Source of the DNA: a virus
Taxonomy: Duplodnaviria > Caudoviricetes
Reading direction: 5' to 3' (one strand)
Length of the DNA stretch: 37,361 bases
Virus record (IMG/VR): IMGVR_UViG_3300030376_003912
Location: 1-37,361 of that record
Shown here: positions 17,700 to 26,877 of the stretch, piece by piece
How the letters are laid out: each line of letters opens with the position of its first letter
Numbering within the stretch: the first letter of the stretch is position 1
The notes under the pieces: generated by a model
Told to the model about the DNA's origin: nothing
Database searches by the model: none
What the model saw: the letters and a program-made list of their open reading frames with translations, nothing else
Program-made: the position numbers and the translations under genes

Positions 17700-19033
17700 C
17701 AGATTTCTTCTGATTCTCCTGCTGGCATACCGACTAGATCTCTCAACCATTCACCCATTGATTCATCTGGTAGTAACGCTCCGGCAGAAGAAAGCTTTGA
17801 AACGTAATCTGATATTTCTGGCAGGTTCACGTTCTTCGGTGGTGTAAATTCTAGGGTCGGGTGGAGTTCATGTTCTACGCCGTTTAATCTCATGAGTCGT
17901 GGGATAGCGTATTTGTTGAACACATCGGCGATGCCGGTTAGCCATGCTGTGATGGATTCTTGAAAGAGGCTGATCTTTGAAACGCTTAACGCTTGGGTTC
18001 CTACTTTGTCGTGTCCGAGCATAATAAAGTCGGCGAGAACAGACATTGCGATTCTTGCGTCGTACCTGGTCGCGATTTCGTTTGTGTCAAACTGGCGGCG
18101 GCCTCCTGTTGTCATCAGTTGAATGTCGTAAGCTTTTTGTTTCGTGTCTGGATCGTATGCCAGAGGGAAAACTAATCCTTCTTGCTCATCTCGTCTGATA
18201 TTGCGAACGATTTCTTTGATCGCATTAAGGGCGGCGGTTTCTTGTGATGTCGCATTGTCTGAAAGCAGTTGTGGTGGAACAAACGCAACTGGCAGTCCTG
18301 CGAGGTCGCGTTCTATGCCTATAGCCTCTATCTCCAGAATGCGTCTTTGGTAATACCATGACACGTAAGCGTTGCGAAGAATAGAACGGCCTCTTGGATT
18401 GTTTAGCTTCGTGGTTGTTCTGAACAGGAGCGCCTTCTCTATCGGCATGAATACTCTGCCTCTGCCGGAAGTGTAATCGTTCTGATAGATGCCTTCTATG
18501 CCGCCGTTGTGGTCAAAATCCCAACCGTCAATCGTTGTCTGTGCGCGGACGGGCATTTTTCTCCACCCGATACGCCCATCGTTGAAGTGGGAACTTTCGC
18601 CGTCGTTCTCCATATAACCGAACCGGCGTTTGTAAACGATTTCGTTTACGCAGAATCCGTATGTGAGCATTGATAAAATATTGGAAAGTAAATCTAGCCA
18701 TGAGTGGCTCATGTCATTCATGCAACTGGCAACGAATTCGGCTTCTTGGACTGCTCGCTCGTTGTTTTCGTCTGCTGGTTTCACGGTCCATTCAACTGAA
18801 CGGAATTGCATTTCTATTGCGTGAAGGATCGCACCGATGATTGGGTGGTTGTCTGCCATCTCCCGAAACGTGGCTGTTCCTCTGTTGCCTTGCAGAAACT
18901 TTAAGAAATCTTCTTCTACTCTGCCAGAATACTGAACAAGACCAGATGAACCTATTTCACCGAAATCGGTTGATGATGGTTTCTCTTTTTTGACTTGCTG
19001 CTTCGGTTGTTGTTTCGGTTTAGCGTTACTCAT
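17699..19033 (-). CDS. Portal protein (DUF935 / Mu gp29-like)
   Basis: YGF...EIVY, NPRGRSILR, IGIERDLAGLP motifs; follows TerL. Confidence 0.88.
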   Translation of the reverse strand: MSNAKPKQQPKQQVKKEKPSSTDFGEIGSSGLVQYSGRVEEDFLKFLQGNRGTATFREMADNHPIIGAILHAIEMQFRSVEWTVKPADENNERAVQEAEFVASCMNDMSHSWLDLLSNILSMLTYGFCVNEIVYKRRFGYMENDGESSHFNDGRIGWRKMPVRAQTTIDGWDFDHNGGIEGIYQNDYTSGRGRVFMPIEKALLFRTTTKLNNPRGRSILRNAYVSWYYQRRILEIEAIGIERDLAGLPVAFVPPQLLSDNATSQETAALNAIKEIVRNIRRDEQEGLVFPLAYDPDTKQKAYDIQLMTTGGRRQFDTNEIATRYDARIAMSVLADFIMLGHDKVGTQALSVSKISLFQESITAWLTGIADVFNKYAIPRLMRLNGVEHELHPTLEFTPPKNVNLPEISDYVSKLSSAGALLPDESMGEWLRDLVGMPAGESEEI

Positions 19034-20364
19034 TTAATGACCCAATAATTCTCCTGCGACAACCCTGATGGTATCACTGTTGGCGGTGCTTGGTTGCCCA
19101 CTAATAGTTCAGTAGCTCCCCAAACAAGTGCGTCAAGTCTATCCGGCGACGCGCTTTCGCCTGGAACCCACGAACAGAGTTGATCTTCTAACTGGTTGAA
19201 AGCTCCGACATGGTGGACTTTCCCTTGCTCATAAAGTGCCGCCACTGGTTCGGCTCTGGTTCTTTTCCCTCTTGAAGCGTGAACCAATCTGATTGGCACG
19301 TTGTCATCAACTGTCGCCAAAGTGTGTTTCACCATGTCGCCTCCTTGATTTGATTCGGCGATTATCTTGTCGGCTTTTAATGTGTGGTAAAGAGCTATCG
19401 CTTGCCTGGCCCATTCGTTAGGTGTTCCTCTGGTTGATCTATCTTCTAAAACGTAGCCGTGATTTCTTTCATCAACTCCGACAGCGACTATTCCTGTTTC
19501 CGCCGAATCAGTGTTTGAAGATATGGCAGGGTCTATAGCTATTACGATACGCTTTAAGAATGGCAATTCAGTTACTCTGTTCGCATCTAGCATGTCTCGG
19601 TTCCACAACGCGCCGTCTACGTCGTCAAGAATTTCGGCGTGTAGCTCCTGGCGGCCCAATCGGGTTCCCTCATAGCGAGCCGTCACTTCATCAAGAAAGG
19701 CAGATGCAAGATTCGCAGCATTATCAAAGGTACTTCCTCTAGTTGTGTGAACATCGGACCGTGTTATGAGGCTTTTGATTAAACTTGTTGGTCTTGGTGT
19801 GGTCGTTACGACTGCTCTTGGGTTTTCTCCGATGCGTAATCCAAAATTGAGCATGTCCCACGCTTCTGGATACCGCCAAGCAGCAAGTTCATCACACCAA
19901 GCAAGATCGTGATTAGGACCGCGAAGGCGATCAGGCTCGTCAGCAGAATAAGTTGTCGCAACCGCTCCGGTATGGAAAGTGATCCTTCTCTTTGATGGTT
20001 CATAGGTTGGTCTTTGGTCTGATGGGAATACTCCTAGTAAACCAGATTCTCCTTCTATCATGGTATCTCTTGCGTCTGCTGCTGTTGGAGCTATGAGTGC
20101 GATGTGTCCTGCTCTGTTTCCGTCTACTTCTTGACGTATGAACTCAGCACCGCATCTTGTCTTGCCAAAACCGCGACCTGCAAGTAACAACCACACGCGC
20201 CAATTCCATTCTGGAGAAAGTTGTGACGGCCTGGCCCAAGTTGGCCAGTGGTATAATAGTTTTTGTTTCTGAACCTGTGAGAGTCCATTAATGATTGCCA
20301 TCCGGTCTTTGAGTGGCAGTTTTGCTAACTGTTGAGCCGGTGAAAGATCATTCTTCAAGGACAT
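19030..20364 (-). CDS. terL: Terminase large subunit
   Basis: AGRGFGKT Walker A, WCDE Walker B, TTTP, IAIDP, SPDRLDALVW. Confidence 0.95.
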   Translation of the reverse strand: MSLKNDLSPAQQLAKLPLKDRMAIINGLSQVQKQKLLYHWPTWARPSQLSPEWNWRVWLLLAGRGFGKTRCGAEFIRQEVDGNRAGHIALIAPTAADARDTMIEGESGLLGVFPSDQRPTYEPSKRRITFHTGAVATTYSADEPDRLRGPNHDLAWCDELAAWRYPEAWDMLNFGLRIGENPRAVVTTTPRPTSLIKSLITRSDVHTTRGSTFDNAANLASAFLDEVTARYEGTRLGRQELHAEILDDVDGALWNRDMLDANRVTELPFLKRIVIAIDPAISSNTDSAETGIVAVGVDERNHGYVLEDRSTRGTPNEWARQAIALYHTLKADKIIAESNQGGDMVKHTLATVDDNVPIRLVHASRGKRTRAEPVAALYEQGKVHHVGAFNQLEDQLCSWVPGESASPDRLDALVWGATELLVGNQAPPTVIPSGLSQENYWVIK

Positions 20365-20800
20365 CGGCTTCTAGAACTGTCGGGTCACGTTCTGCGATAG
20401 CGTTTATGCGATCTTCCAACAATTTGCCGATGTCGCTGGATATTTCAAGAGGTCCGCCATCTGCTCCTGTGACTGTGTGTTGTTTCGGTGCATCTAAACC
20501 CCACAATTCTGCACGACGTTTTTCAATTTTTAAGCATCGGTCTATGGCTTGCAGGTTTCCGTTTCGTGCTTCCAAATATGCTTGCGTAAATATTCGGTCT
20601 AGGCGTTCCGATTGAATGATGCGTTGCTGTTCTACTGTTTCAATAGCCCACCGTTTCATCGCTGCGTCGTAAGCTTTTTTCGCTCCTTGCCTGCCTGCGT
20701 ATCCGGTTCGTTTCGCTATTTCTTCAAATGATAGACCGGCGCATCGTAGCTCTAAAACTTCGCGGTACCGTTCTGCTCTTGATGGAGTTAGTTGCTTCAT
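20348..20800 (-). CDS. Terminase small subunit
   Basis: N-terminal HTH; C-terminal TGADGGPL motif; directly upstream of TerL. Confidence 0.75.
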   Translation of the reverse strand: MKQLTPSRAERYREVLELRCAGLSFEEIAKRTGYAGRQGAKKAYDAAMKRWAIETVEQQRIIQSERLDRIFTQAYLEARNGNLQAIDRCLKIEKRRAELWGLDAPKQHTVTGADGGPLEISSDIGKLLEDRINAIAERDPTVLEADVLEE

Positions 20801-22302
20801 AACCTTTCTGCCGTTCCTCCTGTGTGATCTTCCCAGCGTTTAATAATCAGGTCGCAATATCCTTCATCAAGTTCAGTAATGAAACACCGGCGGTTTAGTT
20901 TCTCGGCAGCAATAATTTCCGGCGCTGTTCCTCCAAACGGCACACCTATCGTGTCTCCTAATTTGGTGCTGGTTCTTATTATTCGTTCCATAGCTTCAAC
21001 AGGTTTTGGTGTTGCGTGGTTGAATCTTTCTTCGCCGTAAACTCTGGACAAATCCCAAACGTCTGTCATGAGTTCGTACTCATTATTGAAAGTTGATCTT
21101 TCTTCTCTTAATTTTTTACTTAGATCCCTTCTGTATTCGTTGCCGCCTTCTTTTACTTCGGGAAAGAACTTATAGAAAAGATCATCGTAAGGAATATCAA
21201 AAGCTTCGCCTTGAGCGGCTTTTTGAAGAATGTTGTAATTGTTTCTGCTTAGGATTTGAAATTGTGATTTGCTAAACCAGTGTCCTGCCATAAATGTTTC
21301 GGTTAAACGATTCACATGGTTTTTGGTCCATTGAACTTTTGCGAGTTGTTCGTTGAGCCAGGTTAGGAGAGGTTCGTATCCTTCCCAGAAGTCATCTTTG
21401 TTTTGGTTGCCGAGAAATTGTTGACCCATCATGAAGAATAGGCACCGCTCGGAAGCTGTCGGATACATGTGGTGGCTAGGAGAACCCATACCCATGCCGC
21501 TTCCTTTATCCCAAACAATTTCGTTTCTGAAAGTTAAGTCGTCGTCTTTGCTTAGTCCTGAACTCCACCAGAGTCTCCACAAATCTTCGGCGTTCCCCCA
21601 AATATATAACGATGAATTGTCGGCCATTACTGGTTTCCACGCCTTCCACCATTCAAGCTGAAATTTGTCTAGTTCTTCTCTGTAAAGATTATCGTTTGCG
21701 ATTCCATCTTTTTCTTTTCCCATTCCGTATGGCGGATCGGCATGCAGAAGATCAACTTTGCCACCGTCTAAAAGTTCTTCTATGTTTTTCGGGTTGGTTG
21801 TGTCTACACAATAAAGAACATGCGGCCCTAAACGAATCTTGTCTCCACTTTTCGTAATGGGCGGCGGCGGTGTTACTGGTTCCGTCATTTCTTTTTCCGG
21901 TTTCGGGTCCAGATTAATTTCTGCCATCAGTTCATCTAAATCGTCGCCGTCGTATCCGGTTCCTAATAAGTCATTAGTGGAAGCGAGTTCAGTCAATAAG
22001 CCGAGCAGGACATCTTCGTTGTGTGATGCGAGATCGTTTGTTCTGTTGTCTGCCAACATTATTTTCCTGGCTGTCGTGTCGTCTACGTCTACCCAATAGA
22101 CCGGAACTTCTTTTATGCCTAGCTGTTGCGCGGCTTGCAGTCGGTGGTTACCTGCTAGAACGTGTCCGGTTGATTTCTGTGCGACGACTGTTCCGTACCA
22201 TCCGTTCTGCTCAATACTGACAGCGATTGCTCCTATGTCGCCTTCTCTAGGGTTTTCTGGGTGTAGTGATAGGTCTTTGATTTTTTCGGTTTTAATTTCC
22301 AT
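20797..22302 (-). CDS. ParB-like N-terminal domain + N6/N4 DNA methyltransferase
   Basis: HPENPR, LAGNHRL, ADNR (ParB-like); DPPY, HATPKP, PFGGT (beta-class MTase); start reassigned to MEIK. Confidence 0.85.
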   Translation of the reverse strand: MEIKTEKIKDLSLHPENPREGDIGAIAVSIEQNGWYGTVVAQKSTGHVLAGNHRLQAAQQLGIKEVPVYWVDVDDTTARKIMLADNRTNDLASHNEDVLLGLLTELASTNDLLGTGYDGDDLDELMAEINLDPKPEKEMTEPVTPPPPITKSGDKIRLGPHVLYCVDTTNPKNIEELLDGGKVDLLHADPPYGMGKEKDGIANDNLYREELDKFQLEWWKAWKPVMADNSSLYIWGNAEDLWRLWWSSGLSKDDDLTFRNEIVWDKGSGMGMGSPSHHMYPTASERCLFFMMGQQFLGNQNKDDFWEGYEPLLTWLNEQLAKVQWTKNHVNRLTETFMAGHWFSKSQFQILSRNNYNILQKAAQGEAFDIPYDDLFYKFFPEVKEGGNEYRRDLSKKLREERSTFNNEYELMTDVWDLSRVYGEERFNHATPKPVEAMERIIRTSTKLGDTIGVPFGGTAPEIIAAEKLNRRCFITELDEGYCDLIIKRWEDHTGGTAERL

Positions 22303-22350
22303 GTCTACTACTCTAGCGTCGCTAGTTGCGTCCACCGTAACTTTTCCGAT

Positions 22351-22379
22351 TTGCATACTAGGTCGGGGTATGCTAAAAT
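22351..22379 (+). promoter_or_regulatory. Phage promoter, divergent family copy 4 (start of early arm)
   Basis: TTGCAT-N17-TAAAAT with extended TG; followed by the ATGAAGCAAAC leader. Confidence 0.75.
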
Positions 22380-22385
22380 GGTTTT

Positions 22386-22844
22386 ATGAAGCAAACGGCA
22401 AAGGAGCCAAATATGGAAACAGATAGGTGCGACATATTTATTTATGGTGGCACAGTTCATTCTAAAAGAGACTTAGAGTTTGAAGCGATAGTTGAAAAGG
22501 AAATGGCTGATTACTACATCTGGCAAGAAGCAACCAAAATGAGAATGACATACAATCAGTACGTCGCTCATCTTGAAGCTAACCCAGAAGAATCATCATC
22601 GGCTGGAACTGTGAAAGAGATTAAGCGAGAAGGGCAACGGACATTGAAGCGAGGAGCGAATGTTCGGGTTCAACTCAAACAAGTTAAAGGCACGAAGAAA
22701 GATGACGGCTATGTTGTTGAGTGTTACGACGACAACACGGTCCGAGTCTATTTGGAAGATTACGGCAACAGCCGAATCGTTACTGTTAATGAGTTCATTA
22801 AAGGAAGAGCCGGAACTACGCCGGTTCGGAAAGAGCAAGCATGA
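22386..22844 (+). CDS. Hypothetical protein (second in-frame start 22413)
   Basis: Promoter and AAAGGAG; ATGA overlap with the next gene. Confidence 0.7.
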   Translation: MKQTAKEPNMETDRCDIFIYGGTVHSKRDLEFEAIVEKEMADYYIWQEATKMRMTYNQYVAHLEANPEESSSAGTVKEIKREGQRTLKRGANVRVQLKQVKGTKKDDGYVVECYDDNTVRVYLEDYGNSRIVTVNEFIKGRAGTTPVRKEQA

Positions 22845-23494
22845 GTATTTATGATCGGCCAGAAGATAGGCAACAGCAAGAAATGTATGCTGCCGAACGT
22901 TCTGTTGATTGGTCAAAGTATCAGGGTGAGATTAGGAAGCCGGAACACATACCGTTTGGCGCAACGAAACATTTCACTCAAGAAGGTTTTGAGACTCTTG
23001 AAGATTGTTGGCAATATCTAAACGGCGTGATGAATAAGGCATGGTTTCGGAAACGGTATTTGCGAACTGCGAACAGGTTGGCATCTCCTAAAGGAACTAA
23101 GACATTCAGAGAACACGGCGGCAAGGTTATTCCGGTGGGATACAGAAGAAATGAATATACGACTCACGGTTTGGAACTTGTCCCTTCTGCGCGAGGAGGG
23201 TTTGCTCTGGGCGGTTACAGAATCGGGTTGAGTAATTGGGCAAGACAGGAACGTGTCATACTTCACGAGTTGGCTCATCTCATAAACTATGTAGAGAACA
23301 AAAGCTCTAGAAAATATAATCAGGATCATGGTTGGCAGTTCTGCTCTATCTATTTAACTCTGGTCGGGTTCATGATGGGACCGGAAGCGAAAAGCGAACT
23401 TCGTGAAGCCTTCAAAAAGCACAACGTGAAATACTTACGCCCGCGAGGGTTGGGTGTCATACCTGGCGATGAGCCTGAACGGTGGGTTGCCTAA
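22841..23494 (+). CDS. HEXXH zinc metallopeptidase-like protein
   Basis: ILHELAH and downstream HG..F motif. Confidence 0.7.
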   Translation: MSIYDRPEDRQQQEMYAAERSVDWSKYQGEIRKPEHIPFGATKHFTQEGFETLEDCWQYLNGVMNKAWFRKRYLRTANRLASPKGTKTFREHGGKVIPVGYRRNEYTTHGLELVPSARGGFALGGYRIGLSNWARQERVILHELAHLINYVENKSSRKYNQDHGWQFCSIYLTLVGFMMGPEAKSELREAFKKHNVKYLRPRGLGVIPGDEPERWVA

Positions 23495-24468
23495 TGAAAG
23501 TGGTTTCTCTGTTCTCTGGTGCTGGCGGTTTAGATTTAGGATTTACCAAAGCAGGGTTTGATGTTATCTGGGCAAATGAATACGACAAAACAATTTGGGA
23601 AACATATAGATTGAATCACCCAGACTCTTTGTTGAATACCCGAAGCCTGGTGGACGTTCTCAGCAAAGATATTCCTGACTGTGATGGGATTGTTGGTGGT
23701 CCACCATGCCAAAGTTGGAGTTTGGCTGGTTCTCAAAAGGGTATAGAAGATAAGCGAGGGCGATTATTTTTTGAGTTTGTAAGGGTGTTGGAAGATAAGC
23801 AACCAAAGTTTTTTGTAGCTGAAAACGTTCAAGGAATTCTTTCACCCAAAAACAGTCACGTTGTGGAACGTCTAACAAAATTGTTTAAGGATTCCGGTTA
23901 TCGTTTATACAGTAAGTTATTTAATGTTGCCGACTATGGGATTCCACAAGATAGAAAACGTATAATATTTTTAGGCATACATAAGGATTTTGATTTCTCT
24001 TACAATTTTCCCACTCCAAACAAAAAAGCTAATCTAAGAAATGCAATTTATGACTTGCAAGAATACGAAGTAAAATCTGCGAAGTATGGCCAGAAGTCCA
24101 CCGACTGCGAATTTGTAAATCATGAATTTATGGAGGGTGGTTACTCATCTTCTTTTATGTCTAGGAATAGGGTTCGGAACTGGGACGAGCCTTCATTTAC
24201 AATTGTGGCATCAGCGAGACATACGCCGTTTCATCCACAAGCTCCTAAAATGGTAAAGAAAGAACAAGATGTTTTTGCTTTTGAAAGTGGGAAAGAAAGT
24301 CTGTATCGCAGGTTATCTATACGAGAGTGTGCCAGAATTCAAACTTTCCCAGATGACTTTGAATTTATTTATAGCAAGATACAAGACGGATATAAAATGG
24401 TTGGCAACGCAGTTCCTCCTGAATTTGCATACCGATTAGCAACTAGCATTAAGGAATGCCTGACCTAG
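23494..24468 (+). CDS. C5 DNA cytosine methyltransferase, M.HaeIII-like
   Basis: FSGAGG, GGPPCQ, ENV, QDRKR, GNAV; FMSRNRVR.W.EP and HPQAP as recalled for M.HaeIII. Confidence 0.92.
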   Translation: MKVVSLFSGAGGLDLGFTKAGFDVIWANEYDKTIWETYRLNHPDSLLNTRSLVDVLSKDIPDCDGIVGGPPCQSWSLAGSQKGIEDKRGRLFFEFVRVLEDKQPKFFVAENVQGILSPKNSHVVERLTKLFKDSGYRLYSKLFNVADYGIPQDRKRIIFLGIHKDFDFSYNFPTPNKKANLRNAIYDLQEYEVKSAKYGQKSTDCEFVNHEFMEGGYSSSFMSRNRVRNWDEPSFTIVASARHTPFHPQAPKMVKKEQDVFAFESGKESLYRRLSIRECARIQTFPDDFEFIYSKIQDGYKMVGNAVPPEFAYRLATSIKECLT

Positions 24469-24537
24469 TAACCTAAATGTCACTAGGTCGGGCTATAATT
24501 AAAAACAACAGAAAAGAAAGTAAAGGAGAAGCAAGTA

Positions 24538-24693
24538 ATGGAAGACCCAAATTTTAGCAAGAGCAACACGTTTCCGGAATTAGTTAAGACTTTAAGGTCT
24601 TACGGTTTGCCGGAAGAAGAAATAGCAAAAATTATTCCTGCAGAATATTTGAAAACAGAAAGTAAAGGAGAAAACATTGACAACATTAGTTGA
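24538..24693 (+). CDS. Small hypothetical protein (51 aa, not in ORF track)
   Basis: TATAAT at 24494, AAAGGAG RBS, open frame MEDPNFSKSN... Confidence 0.55.
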   Translation: MEDPNFSKSNTFPELVKTLRSYGLPEEEIAKIIPAEYLKTESKGENIDNIS

Positions 24694-25486
24694 GATGAAC
24701 GAGGGCGAACATTTTGCCCTCGTAACTAAACAGGCAGAGATGCTGGCTAACGCAAATATCATTCCGGCGGCATACAGAAGAAAACCAGCTGACATTATCG
24801 CGGCAGGATTAGCTGGTCGCGCATACGGTTGGGACGTAATGTCGGCGATGCGGAACTTTCACGTTATAGAAGGTACTGCATCTATGCGACCAGAAGCGAT
24901 GCTCGGATTAGTGAGACACGCTGGCCACTCGGTTCTGATTGAAGTAAACAACACGAAAGCGGTGGCAATAGGTAGGCGCTGCGATACTGGCGATGAGCAT
25001 AGAGCCGAGTTCAGTATGAAAGATGCGGAGGTGGCTGGTCTTAATCAGAAACGGAACTGGAAGCAATACGGAGAAGCGATGCTTACCTGGCGCGCTGTTT
25101 CAATTCTGTGTCGTGTCTTGTTTCCTGATGTGGTTCTCGGAGCTGGGTACGTTCCAGAAGAATTAGGAATTGAAAACACAAATCAAAATGGTGAGATCAT
25201 AGAAGTTGAATTTGCTAAAACACCAGATTCTTCTGGCTCTGAGATCCATTCAGAGAACCAAAAAGAAATTGGGAGCGATAATATACCAACCGAAATAAGT
25301 GAACTGGTTGAAGAAACAACAGAAACCGAACAACTGAAAGAGTTGATTAGTTCTCTCGGAGAAGTTGATAAGGCATTGTTGAAAGAATGGTGGAAGTCAG
25401 AAGGGTTTCCTTCTATATCTTCTGGCGATATGACCGACGAACAAATTGACACGGTTTCAGAACGAATCCAATGGTTGTTGGGTTAG
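24677..25486 (+). CDS. RecT-like single-strand annealing protein
   Basis: IPAAYR.KPAD, AGL...NWKQY..AML..RA, FPDVVLG..Y.PEEL. Confidence 0.75.
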   Translation: MTTLVEMNEGEHFALVTKQAEMLANANIIPAAYRRKPADIIAAGLAGRAYGWDVMSAMRNFHVIEGTASMRPEAMLGLVRHAGHSVLIEVNNTKAVAIGRRCDTGDEHRAEFSMKDAEVAGLNQKRNWKQYGEAMLTWRAVSILCRVLFPDVVLGAGYVPEELGIENTNQNGEIIEVEFAKTPDSSGSEIHSENQKEIGSDNIPTEISELVEETTETEQLKELISSLGEVDKALLKEWWKSEGFPSISSGDMTDEQIDTVSERIQWLLG

Positions 25487-25555
25487 GGTTAGAAGGGAGG
25501 GACCGTCACAAGGAAGCAGTCCCTCCCATAGCACGACGGAAAGGAGTTAAACATC

Positions 25556-26008
25556 GTGCCAGAATTGAACCCTACACCATCGCCTCCTGGCCGTTTCACA
25601 TTTTCAATTATTCCCGAATGGATATTAGATCATGAAAAACTTTCACACGGTGCTGTCCGCCTTTATGGGATTCTCGCTCGTTATTCAGATTCAAGCGGTG
25701 TTAGTTGGCCGAGTAGAACTACTCTTGCGAGGCGGCTTCGTTGCACTCCGATCACGATTGACAGATGGGCGGCTGAACTGGTGGAAGTTGAAGCTTTGAC
25801 GATCACAAGAAGGAAGGGTGAGACAACTAAAAATAATTTGACGAACTTATGGGAAATCCACAGGGTGGCATCATCGGTGTTACTATCTAGTGAAGCCTAT
25901 GTGGACACGGTGGCATCGTCTGTGTTACACAGAACTAGAACCAAAAGAACTAAAACCAGTGAAGGTAAAAACCTATTAGATGAACTTATTGAAAAGGAGA
26001 TTCAATGA
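25556..26008 (+). CDS. Replication initiator-like HTH protein
   Basis: FSIIPEWI, LS.GA.RLY..L, WPSR.TLA HTH; internal direct repeats. Confidence 0.75.
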   Translation: MPELNPTPSPPGRFTFSIIPEWILDHEKLSHGAVRLYGILARYSDSSGVSWPSRTTLARRLRCTPITIDRWAAELVEVEALTITRRKGETTKNNLTNLWEIHRVASSVLLSSEAYVDTVASSVLHRTRTKRTKTSEGKNLLDELIEKEIQ

Positions 26009-26211
26009 CTGAACTGAAAGAACCAGAACCAAGAGACTTGAAAACAGATTTGCAAGTTATTGACTATGCCAGAGAGGTTGTTGTCAAATACCGGAACCGC
26101 AGTTCTGATTCTCAAGAGAAACGAAACTTGATGCATTTGATTCTCCACTTGTCAGACATCAAAGCCATTCTATTTCGCGAGGGAGAAGTTACCTTGAAGG
26201 AGAAGGAGTGA
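26005..26211 (+). CDS. Hypothetical protein
   Basis: AAAGGAG RBS; overlapping stop/start. Confidence 0.6.
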   Translation: MTELKEPEPRDLKTDLQVIDYAREVVVKYRNRSSDSQEKRNLMHLILHLSDIKAILFREGEVTLKEKE

Positions 26212-26423
26212 TGACATTGAAAAGCAAATTTAAGGTCGGCAATTTGGAATGGGAAATTGAGATATTTGATAACGGTGGAGAGTTTTACGGCATTGCAAGT
26301 TGTGAACACATTTCGGTTGTTGGGTTGCCTCAGCCGACTGTGAGAAAAGCATTATCCGATACTCAGTCTTTTGCTAAAAGAGTTGTGATTCCTAACTCGT
26401 GGTTTGGAATAAATAATGTCTAG
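26208..26423 (+). CDS. Hypothetical protein
   Basis: AAGGAG RBS; coupled to neighbours. Confidence 0.55.
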   Translation: MMTLKSKFKVGNLEWEIEIFDNGGEFYGIASCEHISVVGLPQPTVRKALSDTQSFAKRVVIPNSWFGINNV

Positions 26424-26877
26424 GGTTGGAGCTTTGAAAGCATTAAAAATTTTATGTATCGCTCACGATGTTGAACTCAAACAAGACCGGATAGATGTTT
26501 ACTGCATAGCTCTTGAAGATTTGCCAGACCCAGAACTTATTTCTAGTGCGGAACGCCTGGTGCGGATTAGTAAGTGGTTTCCTAAACCGGCAGAGATCAG
26601 AGAAGAAGCAACAATGAATATGGTTGGTGGTGCAATACCTACCGCGACTGCTGCATGGGGAGAAGTAGTCCACCAGATCAGATCGGTTGGCGCTAGTGGA
26701 GTTCCTGATTGGTCGCATGAAATTATCAAACAGGCGGTCTGGGATACAGGTGGTTACGGAAACTTATGCAGATCAACAAAACCAGATGCAGATAGAAACC
26801 GATTTATCGCTGCTTACAATTTAGCGGCGCTTCAAGTCAGGCGAGAACTGATGTCTGGTCGCGGAGGGACTTACTAA
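26416..26877 (+). CDS. Helicase loader/inhibitor-like protein (SPP1 G39P-like)
   Basis: L.DL, FP.PAEIR, A..AWGEV, R..FI.AY pattern; near the initiator. Confidence 0.65.
   Translation: MSRVGALKALKILCIAHDVELKQDRIDVYCIALEDLPDPELISSAERLVRISKWFPKPAEIREEATMNMVGGAIPTATAAWGEVVHQIRSVGASGVPDWSHEIIKQAVWDTGGYGNLCRSTKPDADRNRFIAAYNLAALQVRRELMSGRGGTY

Noticed and set aside
25495-25527. SRP-RNA-like hairpin (GTCA...GGAAGCAG loop)
   Set aside because: Only a 9-bp stem with a 15-nt loop; lacks the CCGGAAGG tetraloop helix. More likely a simple intergenic hairpin.
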